In this document: positions 1 through 8,486 of the stretch, one piece after another | How the letters are laid out: every line of letters starts with the position of its first letter | Position numbering within the stretch: position 1 is the stretch's first letter | DNA from: a candidate division FCPU426 bacterium | GTDB lineage: Bacteria > Oederibacteriota > PGYV01 > Palsa-1178 | Assembly: GCA_963840035.1 (NCBI GenBank) | Contig: CAWIXE010000002.1 | Location: 928,001 to 992,000, forward strand | Direction: 5' to 3' | DNA length: 64,000 nt | Translations under genes and position numbers: made by a program | Notes under the pieces: model-generated | The model's database searches: none | What the model saw: the letters and a program-made list of their open reading frames with translations, nothing else | Told to the model about the DNA's origin: nothing

Positions 1-645
1 GTCCCAATGTGTTTTCAATTCCCCTTTCTTCGTCAATTCCACACCTTCATGATATTTAATAGGTCCCGCGCCTAGAAGTTTCGCATTCAGCGAAAGGTTT
101 TCACTTGCCACATAAAGAGTATTGTTCTTCTTATATTGCCCCGCGTTGACCACATGTGGATGATCTGCATAGCATTCATCCGCTTTTTCACCATCCCCGA
201 GCCTGATAATCCTGCCAACCTGGAGATACCCAAATATCGCATGAAAACCGTATTTGTCCTCCTCAAACTCCGGCTTCCCATTGTTCCACTTAGCATGCTG
301 AAACCACCCAAAAAATAAAAACAAATCCCCTTCTTTTACTCCCTGATTCCGAAGATGCCCCTGAGCCGCATCACACTGCCCAAACGCCGGCAGCCAGCCT
401 GGAGCTCTTTTGATTGCATCCTTACGTATATCAGGGTCAAGATGGCAGTAGTTTTCGATTTTGGTGTTTGATTTCAGGGATTTAATGATACCCCAGTACG
501 TTTGACCTTTATATGAAATATCATCGTATGTAAGACTATCTTTAGAAGGAACCGGCATTGAAATCATGTCTTTTCTGTCAAATATAGGGCTCGGCATCTC
601 ACCATACTGTGAGTCAAATCCTTTGCGGCTCAGTATAATTTTCAT
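1..645 (-). CDS. Nucleotide modification associated domain 3 (Nmad3)-like protein, runs off the window start
   Basis: Absent from the ORF track. Manual translation from ATG at 645: MKIILSRKGFDSQYGEMPSPIF...CHLDPDIR...PAFGQCDAAQGHLRNQGVKEGDLFLFFGWF, matching Nmad3 motifs. ATGA overlap with the upstream stop. Confidence 0.85.
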   Translation of the reverse strand, partial: MKIILSRKGFDSQYGEMPSPIFDRKDMISMPVPSKDSLTYDDISYKGQTYWGIIKSLKSNTKIENYCHLDPDIRKDAIKRAPGWLPAFGQCDAAQGHLRNQGVKEGDLFLFFGWFQHAKWNNGKPEFEEDKYGFHAIFGYLQVGRIIRLGDGEKADECYADHPHVVNAGQYKKNNTLYVASENLSLNAKLLGAGPIKYHEGVELTKKGELKTHWD

Positions 646-1217
646 TTCAAAAATTTAAAAATTAAGTACAATTTGTTTTCAAGGATATGTTTTTCAAATG
701 GCACAGGAGTCTTTTTTTCAGACCCTCTCGTTAAAAATATTTCTTTTGGCTTAATTTTATTAAAGGAAAAGTAGAATTGGCTTTCTTTTTTTCCTTTCTT
801 TGTTTTTAAGCTATTTATGAACTTGCCCATTTCTTTATCAGTAAAAACAATCATTCTGTTGTGAATCCACTTATCTGGTTTTCTGCTTTTATTTAAAGTT
901 TTTCTTTTTGAATATTCTTCATACACACCAAAAAGAATATAAAAATCAGCCCTTCCAACAACATGCTTAATATTTCCGAACCAAAAATTCGTATCATATT
1001 TATGTTTGCCCGTAGGAATGTGATCCCACGATCTAGAAGCTTTAACTTGAATCGTTGCGCTTTTTTTTGATTTGTTGCTATAAATTAGCAAATCAAAACC
1101 TTTTTGCTGCCTGCTCATAGGTACAAGCAAAGCAAAACCCTTGTTTTTTGGAAATACATTCTGAAGCTCTTCGGCGACCTTATACTCTGAATATGGAAGT
1201 GTAAAAATGTTCTCCAT
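642..1217 (-). CDS. PD-(D/E)xK restriction-endonuclease-fold protein
   Basis: SEYKVAEEL...KGFDLLIY...TIQVKASR pattern (E...D...QxK). GAGGAG RBS favours the ATG at 1217. Confidence 0.6.
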   Translation of the reverse strand: MENIFTLPYSEYKVAEELQNVFPKNKGFALLVPMSRQQKGFDLLIYSNKSKKSATIQVKASRSWDHIPTGKHKYDTNFWFGNIKHVVGRADFYILFGVYEEYSKRKTLNKSRKPDKWIHNRMIVFTDKEMGKFINSLKTKKGKKESQFYFSFNKIKPKEIFLTRGSEKKTPVPFEKHILENKLYLIFKFLK

Positions 1218-1281
1218 TTTTATTCTCCTCGTTTGCATAAATTAATCAGCGTAATTAAATATACGAATTAAAAATACTATT

Positions 1282-1827
1282 TTATTTGCCTATTATTACA
1301 GTGCTTGCTACTGTTGAAATAAAAATTATAGTAAAAAATAAACCCAATAACGCTTGAAATGCAGCTATTACTTCAATCAAATTTTTAGCTGGTTTTGTCC
1401 TGTTATATCCAAACGTTGTTATTGTTTGAACGCTGAAGAGCACATATTGAAGCTCGGCATTCCATGTGGTTGATTTCATTATTTTATTTTCGAATTTCAA
1501 AGAACCGGGAATATGCCACTCAATTATTCCATATAAAAACGCAAAAAGAAAAATAAACAAAAAATAATAGATGAGTAAATATGTCAATCCCAGACTCAAT
1601 GGTTGTTTTATTGTAGTTAAAACCAAACTCCAAATAAAAGTTATTGCTACCAGAATCCATAACGCAGAAGTAACATGGTCAATGAAACTATTTTTTTTAA
1701 AGTATCCCTTGCCATTTCTTGTGTCTTTAATTCCAAAAAAAGATAAAATGTAATAAAAAACAATGTAAACAGTGCAAGCAATTGTAACATTTCTGGGGTT
1801 TCCTATGAATTCTATAACATGATTCAC
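1282..1827 (-). CDS. Ion channel domain membrane protein (Ion_trans_2, K+ channel-like)
   Basis: Several TM helices and pore-like FSVQTITTFGY. AGGAGG RBS before GTG. Confidence 0.7.
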   Translation of the reverse strand: MNHVIEFIGNPRNVTIACTVYIVFYYILSFFGIKDTRNGKGYFKKNSFIDHVTSALWILVAITFIWSLVLTTIKQPLSLGLTYLLIYYFLFIFLFAFLYGIIEWHIPGSLKFENKIMKSTTWNAELQYVLFSVQTITTFGYNRTKPAKNLIEVIAAFQALLGLFFTIIFISTVASTVIIGK

Positions 1828-1850
1828 GAATCACCTCCTTATATAAAATC

Positions 1851-1962
1851 CCCAACACCGTGCCTTGACAATTGACTTTATTCAAATAACCGCCTCATTT
1901 TATTGATCACATTCATATTTCATTGTATATAACAATATTCATCATTCCTCTCAAATTACACC
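1851..1962 (-). repeat. Cassette-boundary repeat copy 1
   Basis: cccaacaccgtgccttgacaattgactttattcaaataaccgcctcattttattg on +, ending about 25 nt before the channel gene start. Confidence 0.9.
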
Positions 1963-1967
1963 TTTAC

Positions 1968-2471
1968 TTACTTCAACTTTTTTATTTGATTTAATGCCTT
2001 TTTACAACCGATATTATTGGCTGTATTTAAATCTTTTTTTGCATTATCAATTTGGTCTATAATCACATAACATGCGGCTCTTAGTATATAAACATCACAG
2101 AACGAATTATCTAGTTCAAGTGATTTACTACAATCTTTAATAGCATCATCATATTTTTTTATGCCAAACTCCGCAGAGGCTTTTCCGTAATAAGCTACCG
2201 GATCATTTGGGTTAAGTTTGATTGCCTTAAGGCTATCTTCAATCATACCTTTATTATCACCAACACGCATTTTCGCAAAGCAGCGCCTATCAAACGTTCG
2301 GTAATTTGATGGGTCTATCTCAATTGCTTTTGAATAAAACTCTATCGCTTTTTTAAAGTTCCCGTTTGATGCTTGTTTATCGCCTTTATCAATATATGTG
2401 TCTGCGCTTATTGCCAATATAAATGTAATCGATAACATTGAAAGAATTATCAATAACACGTTTTTTTTCAT
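1968..2471 (-). CDS. Secreted TPR repeat protein
   Basis: Signal peptide MKKNVLLIIL after GGAGGAG RBS, then 3-4 TPRs. The ORF-track start at 2546 lies inside the repeat. Confidence 0.8.
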   Translation of the reverse strand: MKKNVLLIILSMLSITFILAISADTYIDKGDKQASNGNFKKAIEFYSKAIEIDPSNYRTFDRRCFAKMRVGDNKGMIEDSLKAIKLNPNDPVAYYGKASAEFGIKKYDDAIKDCSKSLELDNSFCDVYILRAACYVIIDQIDNAKKDLNTANNIGCKKALNQIKKLK

Positions 2472-2504
2472 TTCTCCTCCGGAATCAAATTTATTAAAAA
2501 ACTT

Positions 2505-2560
2505 CCCAACACCGTGCCTTGACAATTGACATTGTACCAGTTTCATCTTAATTTTATTAG
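2505..2560 (-). repeat. Cassette-boundary repeat copy 2, joined to the RAYT-like 3' end
   Basis: cccaacaccgtgccttgacaattgacatt on +. Confidence 0.9.
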
Positions 2561-2728
2561 CGTTTTATCTCCCAGTTTGTGAATAAGGCTTTCAATACGT
2601 TGTTTTATGACCTTGTCTTGTGCCGCTTCTGCTTCCAGTTTGTTTATTGCCTTACTTACCGCTTTGTGGGTTATGGCAAACATTTCCGCTACTTCCTTTA
2701 ATCTTAATCCGGTTTGGCTTCTTATCAG
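2543..2728 (-). pseudogene. C-terminal fragment of a RAYT/Y1-transposase-like protein (DnaA_C/TrpR-like HTH)
   Basis: Manual translation LIRSQTGLRLKEVAEMFAITHKAVSKAINKLEAEAAQDKVIKQRIESLIHKLGDKTLIKLR*. No start codon. Cut at the palindromic element starting at 2731. Confidence 0.55.
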
Positions 2729-2730
2729 TG

Positions 2731-2833
2731 AAAATGGTACCAGACCTCGAGTTAATAGTTAATACATAACTTTTTTAACTGCTGAACCAGACTTTCTTTT
2801 GTCAAATATTAACTCGGGGGCCGGTTCCATTTT
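2731..2833. repeat. REPIN-like inverted repeat, family A (TGG(T/C)ACCAGACC)
   Basis: 27-nt arms 2731-2757 and 2807-2833 with 4 mismatches. Confidence 0.8.
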
Positions 2834-2849
2834 TTCCAATTATCTTATA

Positions 2850-4691
2850 TTATGGCCCTGGCGGAGAAAACCATACTTCATCGCTGTTGCCCGTTGCGTT
2901 TTCTCCTCCTATGCACCAAATTTTTGGGCCCGAGCCTGCATCATATATAAGCGCAAGGCTCCTGTATCTGTGCCCAAGTGTTGCGTTATTCGTTGCTTTC
3001 CACCAGTTTTTTCCGTCTGAGGAAGCCCACGCGTCGGCATATCCATTCAGCCCGCCTGTTCCTCCAGAAACCCATATCATATTATTATATACCCAGCTTA
3101 AATGGCCTCTCCTGGGGCCAAAGGGCGCTGATGCTGTGGCGCATTGCCAGTTCACACCGTCTGACGATGACCAGACATCATTTAATTCATTTCCTCCGGT
3201 TCCCATCCCTCCTATGACCCACATTTTCAGCCCCGTGCCGTCGTCAAAAACGACGCTTGAGTGCATCTGCCTCGGCGGGAATGCCGCGGAGGCGTTCGCG
3301 CATGTAAATGTAATCCCGTCGGATGACGACCATACATCGTTAAGATATAGATTCACACTGCCTTCGCCGGCTATGACCCATATTTTATTGTTAAAGACAA
3401 GGCACGTGTGGTCAAATCTTCCCTCAAATCCGCCGTTATGCGTTGAGCAGCTCCATGCCGCGCCATCCGTGGAATACCACACGTCGTTCCTTATGTCTGC
3501 ACTTCCGGCAAAACCGCCGATGAGCCACATCTTCTCGCCGCTTCCCGGGTCAAAAGCCACGCAGCCCGCGCCCCATCTGCCATGGGCCGCGGTGTAGGTC
3601 GTCGACGCGTACCAGTTGGTCCCGTCGGAGGAATAAATAACGTCATTTCTGATAGTGCCTACATAACCGCTTACGGCCCACATCTTTCCGTCGTATACCG
3701 TGCCAGTATGCCAGTACCTGCCGGCAAACGTCGTTCCCGAAGCTGACTGCGCCCAGTATGTTCCCGGACCAAATGTCGGTGTTATTGACGCGGTTGGTGA
3801 TATAGTGGACGTGTTCGTGGAAGTCGGGGTGGCCGTCTTTGTAAGTGTTACCGATTTTGTATTCGTAAATGTCGGTGATATGGACCATGTGGGCGATATC
3901 GTATGCGTGCATGATATGGTATATGTCCCGGTAATAGTGGGCGTCGCCGTACTCGTACCGGGATCATTGTATTTTACATTCACGCCTTTGCTTATGAGAT
4001 AAGGAATGTCCGTGTGAAGCGCCTTATAGCTCAGAGTGTTTCCCCTCAGGTCGACTACAGAGCTCGGGCCCAATCCCCCGGCATCGCAATTCTGTACGAT
4101 GGCGTCTATGTCCGTTATGTTGCTGCTGCCGAGGTCCAGATGGAAAAGTCCGGTCAGTCCCGCTATAGGATCAAGGCTGTTTATGCCCAGGGTGTTCCTG
4201 TATAAATTCATCCATGTGAGTCCGGTCATCCCGCTAATGGCATCTATGTTCAGGGGCACAGTGTTATAGTATATAAGGAGTTCGGTTAATTTCGGGAAAT
4301 ACTGCACGCCTTCAAGATTATTGACAGCCTTGCTGACTATGAAAAGCACCGTAAGGTCCTGGGACTCTTCCCTGTAAATATCCCCGGTGGGCTTTGATAA
4401 GGTCAGCCTTATTTGGGACTCCAGCACTGGGTCGGGGATATTGATGCGAACGTATGTGGGCGTAACGGTCGGGGACATTGACGCGGTTGGCAGCAGCGTG
4501 GAAGTCCTTGTTGCCGTGTTTGAGGGCGTGACGGTTTTCGATGATGTAGGTATGGGCGTGGATGTGGATGTAAAAGAAACCGTGGGATCAGGGCTTGCAA
4601 AAACAGACGGCCCCACGGGGTGTCTTTTCGAACACGACATCATGCATTGCATGATCAGGGCCAGAAAAATAATAAAATATTTTTTTTTCAA
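2850..4691 (-). CDS. Lipoprotein with Thr-rich linkers, internalin-like LRRs and a Kelch-like beta-propeller
   Basis: Lipobox MMSC-SKRHPVGP, TxT linkers, IPDPVLE/NNLEGVQYFPKLTEL LRRs, repeated NDVWSSSDG blades. Likely TTG start at 4691 after GGAAGG. Confidence 0.8.
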   Translation of the reverse strand: MKKKYFIIFLALIMQCMMSCSKRHPVGPSVFASPDPTVSFTSTSTPIPTSSKTVTPSNTATRTSTLLPTASMSPTVTPTYVRINIPDPVLESQIRLTLSKPTGDIYREESQDLTVLFIVSKAVNNLEGVQYFPKLTELLIYYNTVPLNIDAISGMTGLTWMNLYRNTLGINSLDPIAGLTGLFHLDLGSSNITDIDAIVQNCDAGGLGPSSVVDLRGNTLSYKALHTDIPYLISKGVNVKYNDPGTSTATPTITGTYTISCTHTISPTWSISPTFTNTKSVTLTKTATPTSTNTSTISPTASITPTFGPGTYWAQSASGTTFAGRYWHTGTVYDGKMWAVSGYVGTIRNDVIYSSDGTNWYASTTYTAAHGRWGAGCVAFDPGSGEKMWLIGGFAGSADIRNDVWYSTDGAAWSCSTHNGGFEGRFDHTCLVFNNKIWVIAGEGSVNLYLNDVWSSSDGITFTCANASAAFPPRQMHSSVVFDDGTGLKMWVIGGMGTGGNELNDVWSSSDGVNWQCATASAPFGPRRGHLSWVYNNMIWVSGGTGGLNGYADAWASSDGKNWWKATNNATLGHRYRSLALIYDAGSGPKIWCIGGENATGNSDEVWFSPPGP

Positions 4692-4723
4692 AAATGCCGC
4701 CTTCCTTTGTGTAATAAAAGAAT

Positions 4724-4871
4724 CCACAACACGTGCCTTGACAATTGACATTAATCAAATAAACGCCTTATTTTATTAACCCCACTTGTATTTCTTCGTA
4801 AATAATCACTATTTATCGTCCCTCTCTAATTCCACCATCGCGCGATACTCTACCAACTAAGTTACCGCCCC
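4724..4871 (-). repeat. Cassette-boundary repeat copy 3 (long form ending in a tRNA-5'-like segment)
   Basis: ccacaacacgtgccttgacaattgacattaatcaaataaacgccttattttatt...tatttcttcgtaaata...tactctaccaactaagttaccgcccc. Confidence 0.9.
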
Positions 4872-4900
4872 TTCCAAACTAATGCCGCAGGGCATATAGA

Positions 4901-5137
4901 CTATTTCTTAACGAAAACCAGCATATTAAAATATATCGTGGTAGCTTTTGCCCCAAGTAACGCCCAGATACATCCCGGGTTCTGAGTAACTGCTATGTTT
5001 TCCATAGAGTGAAATTCCCAGTTGTCTTTAGCTTCCAGATTGATAAGGTCCGCAAAAGACCTGACAGCCCCGTCAAAAGACCCGTTCTTTCCCAATACTA
5101 ATTCTTTTGGTGCCGGTACACATTTATACTGCGCCAT
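4901..5137 (-). CDS. Small DUF4177-like protein
   Basis: MAQYKCVPAP...LINLEAKDNWEFHSME...MLVFVKK. Flanked by a 16-bp perfect inverted repeat. Confidence 0.6.
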   Translation of the reverse strand: MAQYKCVPAPKELVLGKNGSFDGAVRSFADLINLEAKDNWEFHSMENIAVTQNPGCIWALLGAKATTIYFNMLVFVKK

Positions 5138-5372
5138 ATTCCCCCCCATACTTTTTTACGTTATTTAAATTCTCCTGAGCTTTCTAAAACATTCATTACA
5201 TCTTTCAGCCCTTGTTATACTCATGATGCCCTGCGGCATTATTATTTCCCTATTATCCCGCAAGAGTCGGCCGCCATCTCGGCATACGGCTCTTTGCATC
5301 TCGCCTTATATTAAGAATTTAAGTAAATACCTTATACTAAGTCATCATCAGGGCACAAATTATCAGCGTGTT

Positions 5373-8165
5373 TTATATAGCGTCTTTAAGTTCGTTTTTT
5401 ATTTTTTCAGCTCTTTTATCGCCTAATTCCAAAGCTTTTGACGCGTCTTTAAGGGCGCCTGCTTTATCCCCGAGTTTTAACTTTACTTCAGCCAGGTAGT
5501 AGTATACTTCTCCGTCTTTCAGCATGGTTACAAGGGCTGTTTCCAGGTCTTTTTTAGCTTTTCCATAATCACCTTTTTTGTAATACATCATGCCCCTGCC
5601 TTTAAAGGTAATATCCGATTTTGGCTGCATGTAAAAGGCTGTGTCAAAATCCTTATTTGCGGCGTTGTAGTCGCCCATCTGGGTATATGCTATTCCCCTG
5701 TATGAATAACCTATGCACGCCTGCGGGAAACCTTTGATCACGGCTTCGAAATCTTTGACCGCGCCTTTATAATCACCCATTGTTATCCTGAGGTTTCCGC
5801 GAGTCAGATAAGCCGAAGTATATTTGGGGTTCAGTTCTATCGCTTTATCAAGGTCCATCAGGGCCTCTTTATTGTTTGCAAGCGCTATTTTGGCTGTTGC
5901 GCGGTAATTGTAGTAAGTATAATCTGCCGGATTGTCCTTTAAGAATAAATCACAGTCCCTGATGGCTCCGGCATAATTACCGGAATACATTTTATCAAAT
6001 AGCAGCTGCAGGGGCGTTTTTGCTTTTCCGGTCCTTTGGTCTATGGCGCTGTCCGGTAATTTCTTTTCCCTTTTTGCGAGTCCCAGCCATATCTTTGCTT
6101 CTTTATATCCGCCTTCACCCCAGACATCATACACGGAATTATCGCCTATTGCCTTAAAACATTTAATAGCCTCTTTTTTCATTTTCTTATCGACATAATA
6201 CTTCGCAAGCTCGTTCCAGGCTTCCCAGTTGTGTTCATCCGCCTTTATGAGGTCGTTTATGGCTTTTAGCTTCATCTTTATCACTGCCGGGTTCCTGGTT
6301 ATCTTTTCCTTGGCATGATCCGTGGCCTGTCCGTTGAGGTCCTGGCTTATGGCCGCGAGCACCAGATTTGGATATAGGGCAGCCAGATCGGGATTACCCT
6401 GCGGGATTACTTTTTTCGCGTCAGCAAGCGCTTTATCCCTGTTTCCGGTCAGTGACATCCAGAAAAAGTAATCTTCCCAGTTTTTGATATCCATGGGTTT
6501 GCGCCCGAAATACAGGAGCATGATATTCTTGTAATCTTTGTAATATGGCGATGATTTTACCGCGTCCGCGAAGTTATCCCTTGCGATCTGATTGCCGTCA
6601 AATTCATACGAACCGCTTGCGCGGAAACTGTCCTGGGCAATCTCACTGATAAGGAAAGGACACTTGTTATAAAACTGCTTATAAAGCCCCTCAATCTCGG
6701 CTATACTCCCGTGCCATTTTGGCTGCAGATAGTTGGCAAAGTTCAGGTAAGCGGCGGAGTCGTATGGATTTAAGCCGATTGACGTGCTAAAAGCATCATG
6801 CATTTCCAGTTTATCAATCCCTGCCGCCAGACCGGAGATCATCAGATTATTCCATGTCCAGCCGTCCCCGGGAGCGGTTTTTGTGGCCCGGCGGGAGGCG
6901 TTTAATCCAAAGTTGATGCGCCGTTCGATCTCCGCCCACTTTTTGGATTCAACAGTATTTGCGTAACCGTTGCCTCTCAAGTCCCAGGCCCAGTTTATAT
7001 ATGTATCCGACAGCAGCATCCACGCATCCTGATTTTCCGGATGTATTTTAGTCCATGCTTCGGCAAGCTCGATGGCTTCACTGTTATATTTTGATTTGCT
7101 GAGTATTTTGACGGCTGACTTGTAAAGATAGACATTATTATTGTCATTTAGAAGCTGATTTATTAAGGCTTTTGCCGGTTCCGCGTCGTATATAGGATTT
7201 GAAATACTCGCTTTTATCTCTTCATAAATTGTAAAAGGCGACTTTTCAGCGGTATTGTTGATTTTGTTTACCGCTATCCAGGACCCACCCTGATTCCTGT
7301 CTGCGGCTGTCCACTGCCATCTGCTTTTCAGGAATGGATTATCCGGTTCCTTTTCGGACATTTTATCCACACCACAGGCGATTGCCGGCCATGCCCGAAG
7401 TATGTGCTCTATGCGGGCGCTTTTCAGGAAATTATCTTCGTTTAAGAACAAAGTCTTTGAAAAATATTCCTTTTGTTGCTGTTCAAGTTTTGCTTCAGTC
7501 CATAAAAAATAACACTCCGCGGCCCACTCAGGCGCTTTGTGCACTTCACCAACAGGAAATTTTTTCCTGTAATAACCGTCGATTTTGCCTCCCCAAAAAT
7601 GCAGGGCTATTTCATATTCATTGTTCAGCTTTTTTATGGTGCCTTCGCCAAAATGTCTTCCTTTAAAACGCATCGGCAACTGTTCCCTGTATACCTGTTG
7701 TATAGGTTTTCTCAGCGGATCAAACAGCGCCAGATTCTGGAATAAATAGCCCACATCAGGTATGCTCATGTTAAAACCAGGCGTATAAGAAGCCCTGATC
7801 ATAGCCAGATAACTTATAAATGAACCAAGCGGCGTTAAGCCGCTGTCCTCGACATTAGTAAGTGGAAATATAAGCGGGCAAGGCGTCAATTCTCTTGAAG
7901 AAGAAACCAGTTTTTTTATAAGTGCACTAATTTCGGTATGAGGTTTCATTGCTTTGGCCTGCATCTCGGCAATCTGTTTTTTAATTGCAAAAAAACCGGA
8001 AATCTTTCCGCCGAATAACATAATCAGTGTCAGTCCCGATAAAATAACAACGGATAATATTATAATGGGGAGTTTTGCCCCGGAAGAATTCTTCCACACA
8101 GGCTGAAGCTGTCCATCTGTATTATTATTTGAACCATTGCCGGAGCTATTATTCATCAATTCCAC
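5373..8165 (-). CDS. Large membrane-anchored DUF4034-like plus TPR protein
   Basis: N-terminal TM, WAWDLRGNGYANTV and LQPKWHGS motifs, C-terminal TPRs. Confidence 0.7.
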   Translation of the reverse strand: MELMNNSSGNGSNNNTDGQLQPVWKNSSGAKLPIIILSVVILSGLTLIMLFGGKISGFFAIKKQIAEMQAKAMKPHTEISALIKKLVSSSRELTPCPLIFPLTNVEDSGLTPLGSFISYLAMIRASYTPGFNMSIPDVGYLFQNLALFDPLRKPIQQVYREQLPMRFKGRHFGEGTIKKLNNEYEIALHFWGGKIDGYYRKKFPVGEVHKAPEWAAECYFLWTEAKLEQQQKEYFSKTLFLNEDNFLKSARIEHILRAWPAIACGVDKMSEKEPDNPFLKSRWQWTAADRNQGGSWIAVNKINNTAEKSPFTIYEEIKASISNPIYDAEPAKALINQLLNDNNNVYLYKSAVKILSKSKYNSEAIELAEAWTKIHPENQDAWMLLSDTYINWAWDLRGNGYANTVESKKWAEIERRINFGLNASRRATKTAPGDGWTWNNLMISGLAAGIDKLEMHDAFSTSIGLNPYDSAAYLNFANYLQPKWHGSIAEIEGLYKQFYNKCPFLISEIAQDSFRASGSYEFDGNQIARDNFADAVKSSPYYKDYKNIMLLYFGRKPMDIKNWEDYFFWMSLTGNRDKALADAKKVIPQGNPDLAALYPNLVLAAISQDLNGQATDHAKEKITRNPAVIKMKLKAINDLIKADEHNWEAWNELAKYYVDKKMKKEAIKCFKAIGDNSVYDVWGEGGYKEAKIWLGLAKREKKLPDSAIDQRTGKAKTPLQLLFDKMYSGNYAGAIRDCDLFLKDNPADYTYYNYRATAKIALANNKEALMDLDKAIELNPKYTSAYLTRGNLRITMGDYKGAVKDFEAVIKGFPQACIGYSYRGIAYTQMGDYNAANKDFDTAFYMQPKSDITFKGRGMMYYKKGDYGKAKKDLETALVTMLKDGEVYYYLAEVKLKLGDKAGALKDASKALELGDKRAEKIKNELKDAI

Positions 8166-8190
8166 GTTCCCTCCTAATTTTATAAAAACT

Positions 8191-8340
8191 CCTCAACACC
8201 GTGCCTTGACAATTGACTTTATCCAAATAATCGCCTTATTTTACTGACCATACTACTATTTCTTCACAAATACGCACTATTTATCATTATTCCCCAAATC
8301 CATCCTATCCACGATGCTCTACCAACTGAGATACCGACCC
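8191..8340 (-). repeat. Cassette-boundary repeat copy 4 (long form ending in a tRNA-5'-like segment)
   Basis: cctcaacaccgtgccttgacaattgactttatccaaataatcgccttatttt...gatgctctaccaactgagataccgaccc. Confidence 0.9.
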
Positions 8341-8376
8341 GCTTTGCCATCCAAACCCCTGTCCTGGTCTATCTCC

Positions 8377-8441
8377 CTTGAACCCACAGTCCCTTCCAGG
8401 ACACCTGATTTCGAGTCAGGTACCATTCTACCCAATCCCGC
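8377..8441 (-). pseudogene. Degenerate class II (Leu/Ser-type) tRNA remnant
   Basis: Minus strand: D-arm-like GCGGGATTGGGTAGA, anticodon stem-loop CCTGA-CTCGAAA-TCAGG, variable hairpin GTCC/GGAC, T-arm start GTGGGTTCAAG. Acceptor stem absent. Confidence 0.6.
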
Positions 8442-8486
8442 TTAATTATCAACATACACGACGAAGCCTTGACGAAGTCACCGAAA

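Noticed and set aside
1865..1900. Boundary repeat as a simple sigma70 promoter
   Set aside because: TTGACA points away from the cargo genes and lacks a well-spaced -10. No convincing promoter is seen in the gene direction.
4692..4751. ORF-track N-terminal extensions such as MSIVKARV (also 2472-2546 and 11107-11244)
   Set aside because: They are translations of the boundary repeat. Better RBS-linked starts lie downstream.
8377..8441. Functional tRNA-Ser(CGA)
   Set aside because: The acceptor stem and the 3' side of the T-arm are missing, so it is kept only as a remnant.
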